Assembly: GCA_040222015.1 (NCBI GenBank)
Contig: JAVJWO010000004.1
Span: 1-52,141 of the forward strand
Source of the DNA: Coleofasciculus chthonoplastes F2-STO-03
GTDB lineage: Bacteria > Cyanobacteriota > Cyanobacteriia > Cyanobacteriales > Coleofasciculaceae
Length of the DNA stretch: 52,141 bases
Direction of reading: 5' to 3'
The notes beneath the pieces were generated by a model, which searched no databases, was not told the origin of the DNA, and was given only the letters and a program-made list of their open reading frames with translations. Each line of letters begins with the position of its first letter. Position 1 is the stretch's first letter. Position numbers and translations under genes: made by a program. Positions 40,824 to 52,141 of the stretch are shown one piece after another.

Positions 40824-40859
40824 CCATAAGACCGACGCGACGTGCGCCCTATCACCGAC

Positions 40860-41054
40860 TTAATCGGCTGGTGTTAATACTTTCTGTGACAAAATGTCAT
40901 TTAACGGATTTACAAAAGAAAAGTCTTGGTGAAAAGGGTTTCTCTTACTAGCTTTAACAGGCATATCTTGGCGGCAGCTGGAACAAAACCAATAAATGCG
41001 CTTGTCACGAACGTGAGCGAGTAAGTGAGATGAACAACAAGGACAAGTATTCAT
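40860..41054 (-). CDS. Small zinc-ribbon protein
   Basis: CPCC...WFCSSC; GGAGA RBS upstream. Confidence 0.75.
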   Translation of the reverse strand: MNTCPCCSSHLLAHVRDKRIYWFCSSCRQDMPVKASKRNPFHQDFSFVNPLNDILSQKVLTPAD

Positions 41055-41429
41055 AGTTATTTCTCCACCCGACGTTGATCAGCTTACTTATTAAATGTAA
41101 AAATTTTGAGGAAGAATCGGAAAAAAAATTAATTTAATGCTTACCTGTCAAAAGACAGATGTCACCCTCAAATTAATTGTGTAGGATAGTAAGCTTAGAT
41201 AACAAAAAATTAATCATATTTTAGGTTACAGCTTATCATTGATTGTTCAGAACCCATGAACCATTAACACAAAACCCCACGTTTTTGAAAGGTGGGGTCG
41301 AAATAATTTACACTTCTTAAAGTCAATAACTTCGATTTATATCACATCCGGTTAACTTATCAAACTCAAAAAGGTGGAAACACTGATTCTCAAGGGATTG
41401 CATCGGTGTGCAATCAAACGGATTCGATA

Positions 41430-41633
41430 TTACTCAGTTGTGATTAAAATCCGTTGCGATAACAACGGATCTAGAGTCTTGGTAACAGGCGAAGCTGGAG
41501 ACGGATTAGTTGTCGCGGCATTAGTAGCCGGAACAACAGATATCTCCTGACTATCGTGATTACCAAACCAATGATTTGGAGTATGGCGAATACGAGGCAG
41601 AAGTTGAGCAGAATAACAAGGATAGTTGTTCAT
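41430..41633 (-). CDS. Degenerate paralog of the adjacent zinc-ribbon protein
   Basis: MNNYPCYSAQLLPRIR..NHWFGNHDSQE aligns with MNTCPCCSSHLLAHVR..IYWFCSSCRQD. Confidence 0.5.
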   Translation of the reverse strand: MNNYPCYSAQLLPRIRHTPNHWFGNHDSQEISVVPATNAATTNPSPASPVTKTLDPLLSQRILITTE

Positions 41634-41663
41634 AATCAATGAATGCACCCAACACTTAACACC

Positions 41664-42095
41664 TTACATCAATTCTACTCTACCGTCATCTTGCAGATAA
41701 ACAGCGCGAACCCCTGGAGCACGACCACTGGGCAATACTTCGATTCGTAAGACTCTGGCTTCAGGTTGGCGGATATTCACGTTTAAGGGTAATCCTTGGG
41801 TATCCCACAACACCGCCGAAAAATTCGGGTTAGTATTCCCACCTCGGACAAAGGAGAGAACCTGTCCGGGACTCACAGGCAAAGGATCTGTAACATCGAC
41901 CTGTTGAAGTTTGATCACACTAGAGGTTAAATTCGCTACCTCAACAGTAATCCGTTGACCCGGTACAAATTTGACGGATTGTTCTCTGCAACTGCTGGCA
42001 GCCACGCAGGTTTCCGCTTGTGCTGGATGAATATCAGCCGTTGATGATATTGCCAGAGTCGTGGTGGCTAGAAGCACCAACGGGAATTGCTTCAT
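41664..42095 (-). CDS. Secreted hypothetical protein
   Basis: Signal peptide ending AQA, Cys pair, beta-rich mature domain. Confidence 0.7.
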   Translation of the reverse strand: MKQFPLVLLATTTLAISSTADIHPAQAETCVAASSCREQSVKFVPGQRITVEVANLTSSVIKLQQVDVTDPLPVSPGQVLSFVRGGNTNPNFSAVLWDTQGLPLNVNIRQPEARVLRIEVLPSGRAPGVRAVYLQDDGRVELM

Positions 42096-42238
42096 GATTT
42101 GTCCTTTGTTATTCGTCATTTGTCATTTGTCATTCGTTATTTCTTAAGGCGTAGGGTGGGCAAAATTTATAACGTTTAAAACCCTGATCGTATTTTTTTC
42201 TCATTTTTGCCCACCACAGAATAACTTTTTATTGATTA

Positions 42239-43462
42239 TCATTGCGGCAAAATCTCAGGAAAACGCCAACTATTCCGTATCGATTCAAAATCAGCATCAG
42301 TTTTCGCTTGTTCGCGTAAATTGGGATTAACAGCAATTGCCTGTTTGAGACTATCAATCGCCAGCTCAACATAACCTTGTAACGCTCGACAACAGGCTCT
42401 ATTATACCAAGTATCAGCCAAGTTCGGTTCAAGTTGCAGGGCGTGGTCGTAGGCAGTAATCGCCTCTGTATACTGTTGCGAGTGATAAAAAGCGTTACCT
42501 AGAGAATTCCAAGCCCGCTCAAAGTCAGGGTTAAGTTGAATGAGTTTCTGGTAGGATGCAATTGCCTCTTTAAATCGGTGTAACTCTGTCAAGCATAGCC
42601 CTCGATTATACCAGGCTTGATAGACATTAGGATTAAGCTTAATGGCTTTATCGTAAGCCGCGATCGCGGCGTCATATTGTCGGTTTTCCAAAAGTTTATT
42701 TCCTTGGTCAAACCACTGTAAATCTGCGGCATTTGGGGTTTGATTTCCCTTTTGCTTAATCAGCCAGACAAAGCCGAGAAAACAGACAATTAATGCCAAC
42801 TTCGTCGCGGGTTGCCTAAACAGGACACTCCCTAACTGAATCGCTTCGGGAGGAATCTTGAGAAGTAAAGCAATTCGATAAATGAACAGAAAAAGCCCTT
42901 GACTGGCTGCTGGTACAAACCATAACACGCCAAAAATAAACCAAAAGCTATATCGACCTAATTTGTTGAATCGTTGCTGTAGCGATTGCGGTAACCAAGG
43001 GCGGAGAATTCCATACCCATCCAGAGGGGGAATAGGCAGTAAATTGATGACAACGGCAAAAATTTGGAGGAAAATAAGAAAGGCTAAACTTTGCCCCAAC
43101 CAACCCTCACTCGATACCGTAACCAAACCCAACCAAAACGGAATTGCCAACGCCACCGTCACCACGACATTGGCAAAAGGACCAGCCGCCGAGACTGCAC
43201 TATCCCATCTGCGATCGCGTAATTTACTATGGTCAATATAAACCGCCCCACCGGGAAGGGCAATTCCCCCCATCACCAAGAAAATCATCGGCATTAGCAG
43301 ACTCAAACCCGGATCAGTATAGTTGAGGGGATTAAGCGTCAAATAGCCTTTATCCTTAACCGAAGTATCGCCACCGAAATAGGCGACAACCGCATGACCA
43401 AACTCGTGCAAGCACAAGGATACCATCCAGCCGCCAAAAACAAACAATCCTGCCAGCCACAT
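42239..43462 (-). CDS. Site-2 protease (M50) fused to C-terminal TPRs
   Basis: HEFGH, AAGP, NLLPIPPLDG; TPRs with WYNRG/WYNRA. Confidence 0.92.
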   Translation of the reverse strand: MWLAGLFVFGGWMVSLCLHEFGHAVVAYFGGDTSVKDKGYLTLNPLNYTDPGLSLLMPMIFLVMGGIALPGGAVYIDHSKLRDRRWDSAVSAAGPFANVVVTVALAIPFWLGLVTVSSEGWLGQSLAFLIFLQIFAVVINLLPIPPLDGYGILRPWLPQSLQQRFNKLGRYSFWFIFGVLWFVPAASQGLFLFIYRIALLLKIPPEAIQLGSVLFRQPATKLALIVCFLGFVWLIKQKGNQTPNAADLQWFDQGNKLLENRQYDAAIAAYDKAIKLNPNVYQAWYNRGLCLTELHRFKEAIASYQKLIQLNPDFERAWNSLGNAFYHSQQYTEAITAYDHALQLEPNLADTWYNRACCRALQGYVELAIDSLKQAIAVNPNLREQAKTDADFESIRNSWRFPEILPQ

Positions 43463-43583
43463 TACCGCTTACTCCCAAGCGAAAGGAATATATCTAGTTT
43501 GGCACACGGCGCGATTAGGTGATATCCCTGACTGTTCCCTGTTCCCTCGCCTCACCACAATACTTATTCAGCAACCTCATAAG

Positions 43584-43679
43584 CTGTTCGGCGTTTAAAT
43601 CTTAATGTCAATAATAGCTAAATCTTTGTAGTGCGAGCATCTTGCTCGCTACTAATACCCAATTAAAATGCATGACATA
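43584..43679. mobile_element. MITE-like element, second copy of 2935-3055
   Basis: High similarity by eye; intact GTAGTGCGAGCATCTTGCTCGCTAC core. Confidence 0.65.
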
Positions 43680-43720
43680 TTACTCAGGATTGCAAAGTAG
43701 TTAATATAACCCAATTATTT

Positions 43721-43909
43721 TTATGTACTCTTCTCCACTGTGATTACAGCATTCAATGTTTTGCCATTACCTATCCACTTCAACCACTCTCCACAATTTT
43801 TGCAGTACAATCCTGCCGGGTGAATATGATTAGTTTCCTTTAATTTTCCCCGTTCACTTTGGCATTTTGGACAGGGAGACTCCAAACATATCGATATCTG
43901 TATTTGCAT
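43721..43909 (-). CDS. Small putative zinc-finger protein
   Basis: CPKC...H...CKNCGEWLKWI; AT-rich. Confidence 0.5.
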   Translation of the reverse strand: MQIQISICLESPCPKCQSERGKLKETNHIHPAGLYCKNCGEWLKWIGNGKTLNAVITVEKST

Positions 43910-44188
43910 TGGGAAGCCTAAGACTTTGACAACGGTAGAAGCTCCAAATCAGCGGAAATATAGGGTTCAGAACTCGCTGGATGATATAATGGTAGATCAG
44001 AAGTGTTGAATTGGGGTACATCTGCGTACTTCCGCGATCGCAGTCGAAAATTTTTGGCAGAAAATCACCGAGGCTCTGATTTAATGCTCCTTAAAGATGA
44101 GACAATAGAGCGATTTTGGCGTTGAGTTAGCGACTAATTTGTCTAAGATTTAAATTTGCTTAATTCTCATACCTGTTTCCCCGAACCG

Positions 44189-45505
44189 CTAAAGTAAACG
44201 CAATTGATTCTTTTGATTCCCTTTTCCCACCTGACTCGCTTCCTGCTTATCGTCTCCAGACTCCTCTACCTCTAACCAACTATCTCCTTGCCCATCCAAC
44301 AAATATTGAGCGGCTTCTACCATATCTGCGGCAATATCTTTTAAATTATCTTGACTCTCTAAATACGTCTTCAGCGCATCCATGGGATTCATACCGCTAC
44401 CCACCCCCAATTCTGGCAAACGTGGACGGGCTAACTGACTGGCTAATTCTGGGCGAATCGTATAACTGTGGGCTTCACTCAAGGCTTGGTGAATTGTACT
44501 ATTATCAATTAAATCTAACTGATCAGAACGGACTTTATAAATCAACCGAACTACAGCGTCATTAATCGCTTTTTTCTTAATCGCTTTAAGTAATGCCGCT
44601 TCTGGATCAGCTTCCTCAACCAGATTCACGTTAATCGTGCAAAATGGGCGCACAGGTAAGGGACAAAACTGCCACTCAGCCTTCCCTTTCTCTAACTCAA
44701 TTAATACATAACCTTTGTCTTCCTTTTCCTCACTAAAATCAACCCGTTCAATACTACCCGGATAAATCACAGGTGGGTTATTCGAGGGATTAAGATTTTG
44801 ATGGCGGTGGACATGTCCTAATGCAACATAATCAAAACACGATCGCGCCATCAGCGACAAGGGAATAGTAAAGCCTTTCCCTACCGCTAAAAAACGCTCT
44901 GCGCCAAAACTAGCCCTATCTGCCATTAAATGGGCTAAGAGTATGGTTGGCGCTTGGGAATCTAGCCGCCGAATTTCTCCTTCTAAAATCGGTTCAAGGC
45001 GTTGAATTAATAACTCATTCACTTCGCCTAATGCTAATCCTTCAGTTTCTGGGCGCGTCAGTAAACTAGAACGGGTTAACCAAGGTAAGGTAATCACTTG
45101 GACTAAACCATTCCGGGTTTGAATTGGATGAGTCGCCAAAGTATCACCAACAATAAATCCTGGCACTCCTAAGGTACGATAAAGACATAAACTTGCCCCC
45201 CCATTGCCTTGGGAATGTTGGTCATGATTCCCCACTAGCAATACCGTAGGAATTTCTGCATCCACTAAGCGGCGAAATTGCGTGGCAAAGGCTTCTTGCA
45301 CATAAGGGGGTGGTGTAGCATCAGGAAATGCATCGCCGCCAAATAAGACTAAATCCACGGGTTCAGCAATGGCGCGATCAATACATTGAGATAAGGTATT
45401 GACAAAATCTTCGAGTCGTGTATTTAAACCCGTTTCTGGGTTAGTTCGCCCATGGGAGAAACCACTACCCAGATGGATATCTGATAGGTGAAGAATTTTA
45501 ATCAT
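44189..45505 (-). CDS. sbcD: SbcD/Mre11-family nuclease
   Basis: HLSDIHLG, GGDAF, GNHD, ALGHVH, YPGSIERVDFSE. Confidence 0.93.
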   Translation of the reverse strand: MIKILHLSDIHLGSGFSHGRTNPETGLNTRLEDFVNTLSQCIDRAIAEPVDLVLFGGDAFPDATPPPYVQEAFATQFRRLVDAEIPTVLLVGNHDQHSQGNGGASLCLYRTLGVPGFIVGDTLATHPIQTRNGLVQVITLPWLTRSSLLTRPETEGLALGEVNELLIQRLEPILEGEIRRLDSQAPTILLAHLMADRASFGAERFLAVGKGFTIPLSLMARSCFDYVALGHVHRHQNLNPSNNPPVIYPGSIERVDFSEEKEDKGYVLIELEKGKAEWQFCPLPVRPFCTINVNLVEEADPEAALLKAIKKKAINDAVVRLIYKVRSDQLDLIDNSTIHQALSEAHSYTIRPELASQLARPRLPELGVGSGMNPMDALKTYLESQDNLKDIAADMVEAAQYLLDGQGDSWLEVEESGDDKQEASQVGKGNQKNQLRLL

Positions 45506-45679
45506 CAGCGGAAACCATTTTAAAGTTGTAGGGGGCCAGTTTATCTACCATCCGTGTCAACTTAAGCTAAGCCCCTCTCCCCCAGCCCCTCTCCCACGCC
45601 GGGGAGAGGGGTGCAAGACGGATTGATATATTTGCGTTTCCCTATTGATGATAACGTTAATTCAAAATCCTGACCGACT

Positions 45680-45865
45680 GTAGGGGCGGGTTTCACAATT
45701 AACATTTTTGTGTCACCCCGATGTCACTAAACCCGCCCCATCGAATGGCAAGTTTCACGATTAACATTTTTTGTCACCTCAATGTCACTAAACCCGCCCG
45801 GACAAAGGACGAATGACAAATGACAAATGACAAATGACAAATGACAAATGACAAATGACGAATGA
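45680..45865 (+). repeat. REP-like hairpin, partial tandem duplicate and heptamer STRR tract
   Basis: GTAGGGGCGGGTTT...AAACCCGCCCC, repeated loop at 45752-45799, (ATGACAA)n. Confidence 0.8.
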
Positions 45866-46207
45866 CTAATCCACAAACTGGTTGAGGATACTCGCCACGA
45901 CAGACAACACAATTGACCCAATTAAGGCGTCAATAGGTCCACTAATGGTAAACATGGCACCTGTTAGGTAGGCGACTAGGGACAAGGATATCGCATTAAC
46001 CACTAACAGAAATAGTCCCAACGTCACGATAGTCAGGGGTAACGTCAGCAGGATCAGAATCGGTCTGACGATAGCATTGACAATCCCTAAGATAACCGCC
46101 GCGATCGCAGCCGCCGCAAAACTCCCGATCGTAATCCCCGGTACGATATAGGCAGTGATGACTAATGCCAGTGCCGTAAACAGCCACGTTAAGAGAAAAT
46201 GTTTCAT
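45866..46207 (-). CDS. YvlD/Phage_holin_4_2 family four-TM membrane protein
   Basis: VNAIVRPILILLTLPLTIVTLGLFLLVVNA. Confidence 0.85.
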   Translation of the reverse strand: MKHFLLTWLFTALALVITAYIVPGITIGSFAAAAIAAVILGIVNAIVRPILILLTLPLTIVTLGLFLLVVNAISLSLVAYLTGAMFTISGPIDALIGSIVLSVVASILNQFVD

Positions 46208-46504
46208 GGGTTTGGTCGAATATCACACACCCGAATTTTAACTGGCGAGACGTTCGGCTGTTTGCGGCTGTAGTAACGGACACCAATTCATTAATCCCCC
46301 GTTGCAGGTGTCGCGTTACCGTCATCGGACTAACACCAATGTGTTTAGCGGCTTCTTTGCGGGGGAGTATCGGAAAAAGACGAACTCAATATATCTGACT
46401 CCAAACATTTATTTTATGTGTCCTGTAAACCTGTACCCCTGTACCATTGTACCCCTGTACCCCTGTACCCTTGTACCCCTTTAACCTTGTAATTTTGTAA
46501 TTTT

Positions 46505-46710
46505 GTAGGGGCGAGTCGCTGGACTATGATTAAGGGGAAATGTCTTAATTGACTCGACTCGCCCCGCTATGATTAAGGGGAAATGTCTTAATTTTGTTGA
46601 GGAACCCGAATCTTTTGTTAATCCGGAATCAAGGATAACTTGGTGGGTTAGGTTGGATAGATGATTCAATGGTTCGTTTCCTCAACTGAGTACCGCCTAA
46701 CCCACCCTAC
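46505..46710. repeat. 206 bp composite REP doublet, direct repeat copy A
   Basis: GTAGGGGCGAGTCGC...CCTAACCCACCCTAC, closely similar to 47847-48053. Confidence 0.9.
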
Positions 46711-46742
46711 AGGTTAAGGTTTATCTATTTAGGGCTTGCTAA

Positions 46743-46888
46743 TTTGTTTCTCGTCCGTTCACGCCGCCAGAGGAGGATAATGGTTCCTATACCTACACTC
46801 GCGATGTCTTCAGCTTCGGCGTTTTGCTGCTGAAGTGCCTAACAACTGTAGAGCTTATCGATTACGATAGCATTAATCACGCGATCGC
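46743..46888 (+). pseudogene. Ser/Thr protein kinase fragment (subdomains VIII-IX)
   Basis: Manual translation FVSRPFTPPEEDNGSYTYTRDVFSFGVLLLKCL; no start codon; ends at HIP1 site. Confidence 0.6.
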
Positions 46889-47784
46889 GAGAACAGGATC
46901 TTCTGGCTTTAAAAGCTATTGAGCGCCGACAGCGATTTTTTCAACCCGCATTAGCCCTAATCTATAAAGCCAAAGATAGGGATGAAGTGCAGGTGGCGTT
47001 TGCCATTGATGAAAGGCTATCCTCTGAGCATGAACAAGCCTTTGCTCGTGCTAATGGTGTGAAGAAACTCCGTATCCTGGAAAATATTAAAGACAGTGAA
47101 TGCAATAAATTAGCTGAAGATATTTTAGGACGTGAATTTGTGGCTCAAGCTCCACTCCCAGAAGTGGAGGATATAAAAGATAAGGTAGCTTCGATTCGCG
47201 CTACTATTGAAACCACTCGCCAGAGGATTGAACAAACCCAGACGGATCACGAAAAGAAAGAACTTGAGCAACAACTTCAAGCCGCTAACCAGGAAATAGA
47301 ACAACTCCAGGCTCAACTCAATGCTGTTCCGATTCGTTGGTTAGAAGTTTACGAACATCGCCATTTGCTCGAACAGGCGCTCCGAGATAGTCAAGAACGT
47401 CTTTTAATTATTTCTCCTTGGATTCGAGCAAACGCGACCAATAAGTGGTTAATTCAACAGTTAGAGAAACTTCTCAAACGGGGAGTCAAGGTTTTTATTG
47501 GACATGGATTAGGGGAAGATGACAATCAGAAAACCCGGGATAAGAAAGCCGAAAACGCGATAGAAAAACTCAATCAGCAGTACGATAACTTTTGTCTCAA
47601 GCGTTTGGGTGATACCCACGCCAAAATCCTTATATCTGACTCCAAGTTTGCTATTGTCACCAGTTTTAACTGGCTGTCATTTAAGGGAGATCCCAACCGC
47701 ACATTCCGGGATGAACGGGGAACCTTAGTATCTGATTCGCATAAAATTCAGGAATTATTCGACAAAGAGACGCAGCGATTTTAA
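46882..47784 (+). pseudogene. Probably 5'-truncated protein with coiled coil and C-terminal PLD/Nuc-type HKD domain (ORF track 46987-47784)
   Basis: IISPWI, THAKILISD...TSFNW; frame is open upstream of the GTG back through the HIP1 site. Confidence 0.7.
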
Positions 47785-47846
47785 CTTGAGGTTCGTTCGT
47801 AGTAAGGGCTTTAGCCCTAGATTTGGTTAGGTAACCTTGTAATCTT

Positions 47847-48053
47847 GTAGGGGCGAGTCGCTGGACTATCATCAAGGGGAAATTCATTAATTTTCTCGAC
47901 TCGCCCCGCTATTATTAAGGGGAAATTCCTTAATTTTGTTGAGGAACCCGAATCTTTTGTCACTCCAGAATCAAGGATAACTTGGTGGGTTACGGCGGAT
48001 AGATCATTCAATGGTTCGTTTCCGTGGGTTGAGTACCGCCTAACCCACCCTAC
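47847..48053. repeat. 207 bp composite REP doublet, direct repeat copy B
   Basis: Matches 46505-46710 along its length, including the upstream TAACCTTGTAAT. Confidence 0.9.
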
Positions 48054-48137
48054 TGACCCAATTTTTCGGTCACTCCAAATGTAAACTTTTATAAAGCTTT
48101 ATCCTCTCACCCAAGCCTAGTGGTAGGATGAACAACT

Positions 48138-49613
<1,476 letters not shown>

Positions 49614-49637
49614 CTTCATATTATAACACATATAAGC

Positions 49638-49666
49638 AAAGGGTGGGTATTACCCACCTTTTTTTC
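49638..49666 (+). terminator. Rho-independent terminator after thiC
   Basis: GGTGGGTATTACCCACC hairpin followed by a T-run. Confidence 0.8.
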
Positions 49667-49815
49667 TTGTTTATTAACTGGAATTGATTCTTAGGGCTTA
49701 TGCAGGTTTTCACCGTTTCAGTCAAAATAGTTACCAGCAAGTCATTAATGTTCATCCTTCAAGTGGTGTGGCTACCATTTAGATACATTGTGCAGTGTTT
49801 CAAAACGGTTAACCC

Positions 49816-51531
49816 TTGTTTAAGCCGAATCGTCAACGTAGAAGGTTAAAAAAAAATCTGATTAGAGGAATTGTCAGTATCATCAGATGGCTGGCAAAAC
49901 TCGGTAAAGGTTTATATAACACGATCGCGTCGCTGCGATCGCATCAGCCGCATCAGTCCTCCTCTACTCCACCCCCGATGCAAGCTGCACCCTTACCTGG
50001 CAACGAAGCAGAACGGCTCAAGGCTCTTCAGGGATACAACATCCTTGATACATTGCCCGAACAAGACTTTGATGACATGACGATGTTAGCCTCGCACATC
50101 TGTGGGACTCCCATCGCCCTGATTAGCCTGATTGATCAAAATCGCCAGTGGTTTAAGTCAAAAGTTGGCATCGAGGCGCAAGAAACACCCAGAGACCAGG
50201 CATTTTGCGCTCATGCTATTCTGAATCCCAAAGATATCATGGTTGTACCCAATGCCTTAGAAGACGAGCGGTTTGCCGGGAACCCTCTGGTAACGTCTGA
50301 TCCGAATATCCGATTCTATGCGGGCGCTCCTTTAGTAACTGAAGATGGTTTTCCCCTGGGAACCCTGTGTGTGATTGACCAGATTCCTCACGATCTCACA
50401 CCGCAACAGATCAACGCCCTACAAGCCCTCAGCCGTCAGGTGATTAACCAAATGGAACTACGGTTGAATATAACTCGGTTAAATCGCCAAATTGCTCGAC
50501 GCCGGGAAGTCGAAGCCAAACAGCGTGTCTCAGATCAGCAAGTCGTCGAACTCCTGGAAAGCATGACTGATGGGTTTTTTGCCTTGGATAGACAATGGCG
50601 ATTTACCTACGTTAATCAAGTCGGCGCTCAAATTTTACAGCGCCAACCTGAAGAATTACTGCGTCAGAATATCTGGGACACTTTTCCCGATGCGGTGGGT
50701 TCAAAATTTGATCGGCAATATCACAAAGCAATGGATCAACAGACTCCTGTCACCTTTGAAGCCTTCTACCCACCGATCAGATGCTGGTTTGAAGTGCGAG
50801 CGTTTCCCTCCTATGAAGGACTCTCGGTTTTCTTTCATGACATTACCCAACGCAAGCAAACCGATGCGGCTTTAAAACGGGAAAAGCAAAAAGTTGAGAA
50901 CTTGTTACTTAATATTTTGCCCCAACCCATTGCCAAGCAGTTGCAACATGAGCCAGGATTAATCGCCCAGAAACATGAAGATGTGACTATTTTATTTGCC
51001 GACTTGGTGAAGTTCACTCAACTAGCGGGTCAGATTTCTCCCCAAGAACTGGTTAGCTTGCTCAACATGATCGTTTCTACGTTTGATCGATTGGCACAAA
51101 AGCATGGTTTGGAAAAAATTAAGACCATTGGGGATGCTTATATGGTGGTTGGTGGACTGCCTACTCCTCAGAGTAACCATGTCGATGCGATCGCGCAAAT
51201 GGCACTGGATATGCAACAAAGCCTTACACAAATCAACACCTCAACGGGTAAGAATTTTCGTTTGCGGATTGGGATTAATACCGGAGTCGTCATTGCGGGT
51301 GTCATTGGCACGACTAAGTTTAGCTATGATATTTGGGGTGACGCGGTGAATATCGCTAGTCGCATGGAATCTCGCGGTCAACCGGACAAAATTCAGGTGA
51401 CTGAGACAACGTATCAGCGCTTGCGAGACAAGTATGAGTTAGTCGAACGGGGGTTTATCCGGGTTAAAGGCAAGGGGAAGATGAAAACCTATTGGTTAAT
51501 TAGTAAAAAGCCGTCAATTGTACAACAGTAA
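49816..51531 (+). CDS. GAF-PAS class III adenylate/guanylate cyclase (start uncertain)
   Basis: GAF ([14 protein letters not shown]), PAS (WRFTYVN), cyclase [37 protein letters not shown] and D specificity residues point to ATP. Confidence 0.93.
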   Translation: MFKPNRQRRRLKKNLIRGIVSIIRWLAKLGKGLYNTIASLRSHQPHQSSSTPPPMQAAPLPGNEAERLKALQGYNILDTLPEQDFDDMTMLASHICGTPIALISLIDQNRQWFKSKVGIEAQETPRDQAFCAHAILNPKDIMVVPNALEDERFAGNPLVTSDPNIRFYAGAPLVTEDGFPLGTLCVIDQIPHDLTPQQINALQALSRQVINQMELRLNITRLNRQIARRREVEAKQRVSDQQVVELLESMTDGFFALDRQWRFTYVNQVGAQILQRQPEELLRQNIWDTFPDAVGSKFDRQYHKAMDQQTPVTFEAFYPPIRCWFEVRAFPSYEGLSVFFHDITQRKQTDAALKREKQKVENLLLNILPQPIAKQLQHEPGLIAQKHEDVTILFADLVKFTQLAGQISPQELVSLLNMIVSTFDRLAQKHGLEKIKTIGDAYMVVGGLPTPQSNHVDAIAQMALDMQQSLTQINTSTGKNFRLRIGINTGVVIAGVIGTTKFSYDIWGDAVNIASRMESRGQPDKIQVTETTYQRLRDKYELVERGFIRVKGKGKMKTYWLISKKPSIVQQ

Positions 51532-51582
51532 GAAGTAGGCGAACCGCTCGCACTCCTATTCCCTTCTACCTTCTGCCTTCTA

Positions 51583-51882
51583 CTATAAATCGTGACCAAT
51601 TTGAGGGTTAATGGATGTCTCACAATCTACAGAGGAAGCAGGAAAACTGAAGGATATTGCTAACACCATACCAGACAGAATTAAGAACATGAGCCAGGAT
51701 TTGCGGCGTTGGTGTTCATCGGATTGCGTCTGTTCATTCATTAGCCAATTCCACAGTAGGAAGCACAGACTGACTCCCGGTTCTAGGTGGGATTTGAATA
51801 ACCAGCCGATGAGGTTAGGAATTAGGAATTCGGCTAATAGCCAGAGTTTCTTTTTCCAGGTTTTGGATGTTGGGGATTTCAT
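51583..51882 (-). CDS. Small membrane hypothetical protein
   Basis: 99 aa ORF with hydrophobic segments and GAGG RBS. Confidence 0.5.
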   Translation of the reverse strand: MKSPTSKTWKKKLWLLAEFLIPNLIGWLFKSHLEPGVSLCFLLWNWLMNEQTQSDEHQRRKSWLMFLILSGMVLAISFSFPASSVDCETSINPQIGHDL

Positions 51883-52141
51883 GGTTTGACCTCGTTTAAT
51901 TTAGGGTTATGAGGTCTATTGTGGCGATGGAATAAACAGATTGAAAACTGGAAGTAGATAGTTGTAAAAAGTGATTCGATTGATTGGGGTGAGGGCAAAT
52001 TAAAGATGGTCATCTACAAATGAATTTAAACGGATTATAAATAGAGATAAATAAATGGAAATAGCTGGAAATAGTAGGTTTTATTTTTTGGAGTGTTTCT
52101 ACTGACAATTGACATCGGTTTTGCTACGTTAAATGTAGGGG

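Noticed and set aside
45866..46207. Prophage suggested by a holin-family gene
   Set aside because: The YvlD family is commonly chromosomal and no phage structural or lysis genes are nearby
46481..48011. Paralogous small ORFs 46481-46669 and 47817-48011
   Set aside because: They are translations of the repeated REP doublets; similarity is explained by the DNA repeat

Overview
A 52 kb chromosomal window from a cyanobacterium: the HIP1 octamer GCGATCGC is abundant and the genes are cyanobacterial types. A glucosylglycerol-phosphate phosphatase and the repeat load suggest a halotolerant filamentous strain, possibly Coleofasciculus-like (inference). The housekeeping backbone is gap2, murC, murB, ybaB/ebfC, xseA, recA with a LexA box, tRNA-Thr(CGT), stpA/ggpP, hom, sbcD, thiC with a TPP riboswitch, and a GAF-PAS class III cyclase. 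Accessory or unusual parts: (1) a two-component pair followed by an aquaporin, a small His-containing membrane protein, a lipoprotein-signal rubrerythrin and a Tat/lipoprotein Rieske protein; (2) a ~285 bp IS200/IS605 right-end/TnpB omega-RNA-like element with no tnpB, downstream of gap2; (3) a decayed type I restriction-modification island after tRNA-Thr, with an in-frame hsdM::hsdS fusion and a truncated hsdR; (4) a coupled sigma-like + DUF1822-like gene pair; (5) a kinase fragment joined to a PLD-nuclease fragment at a HIP1 site, between two ~206 bp direct repeats; (6) many GTAG-palindrome (REP-like) families and MITEs, three copies of which sit in-frame inside proteins. No CRISPR array, rRNA or intact transposase/integrase was seen. 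All family assignments are by motif recognition; no database search was run.
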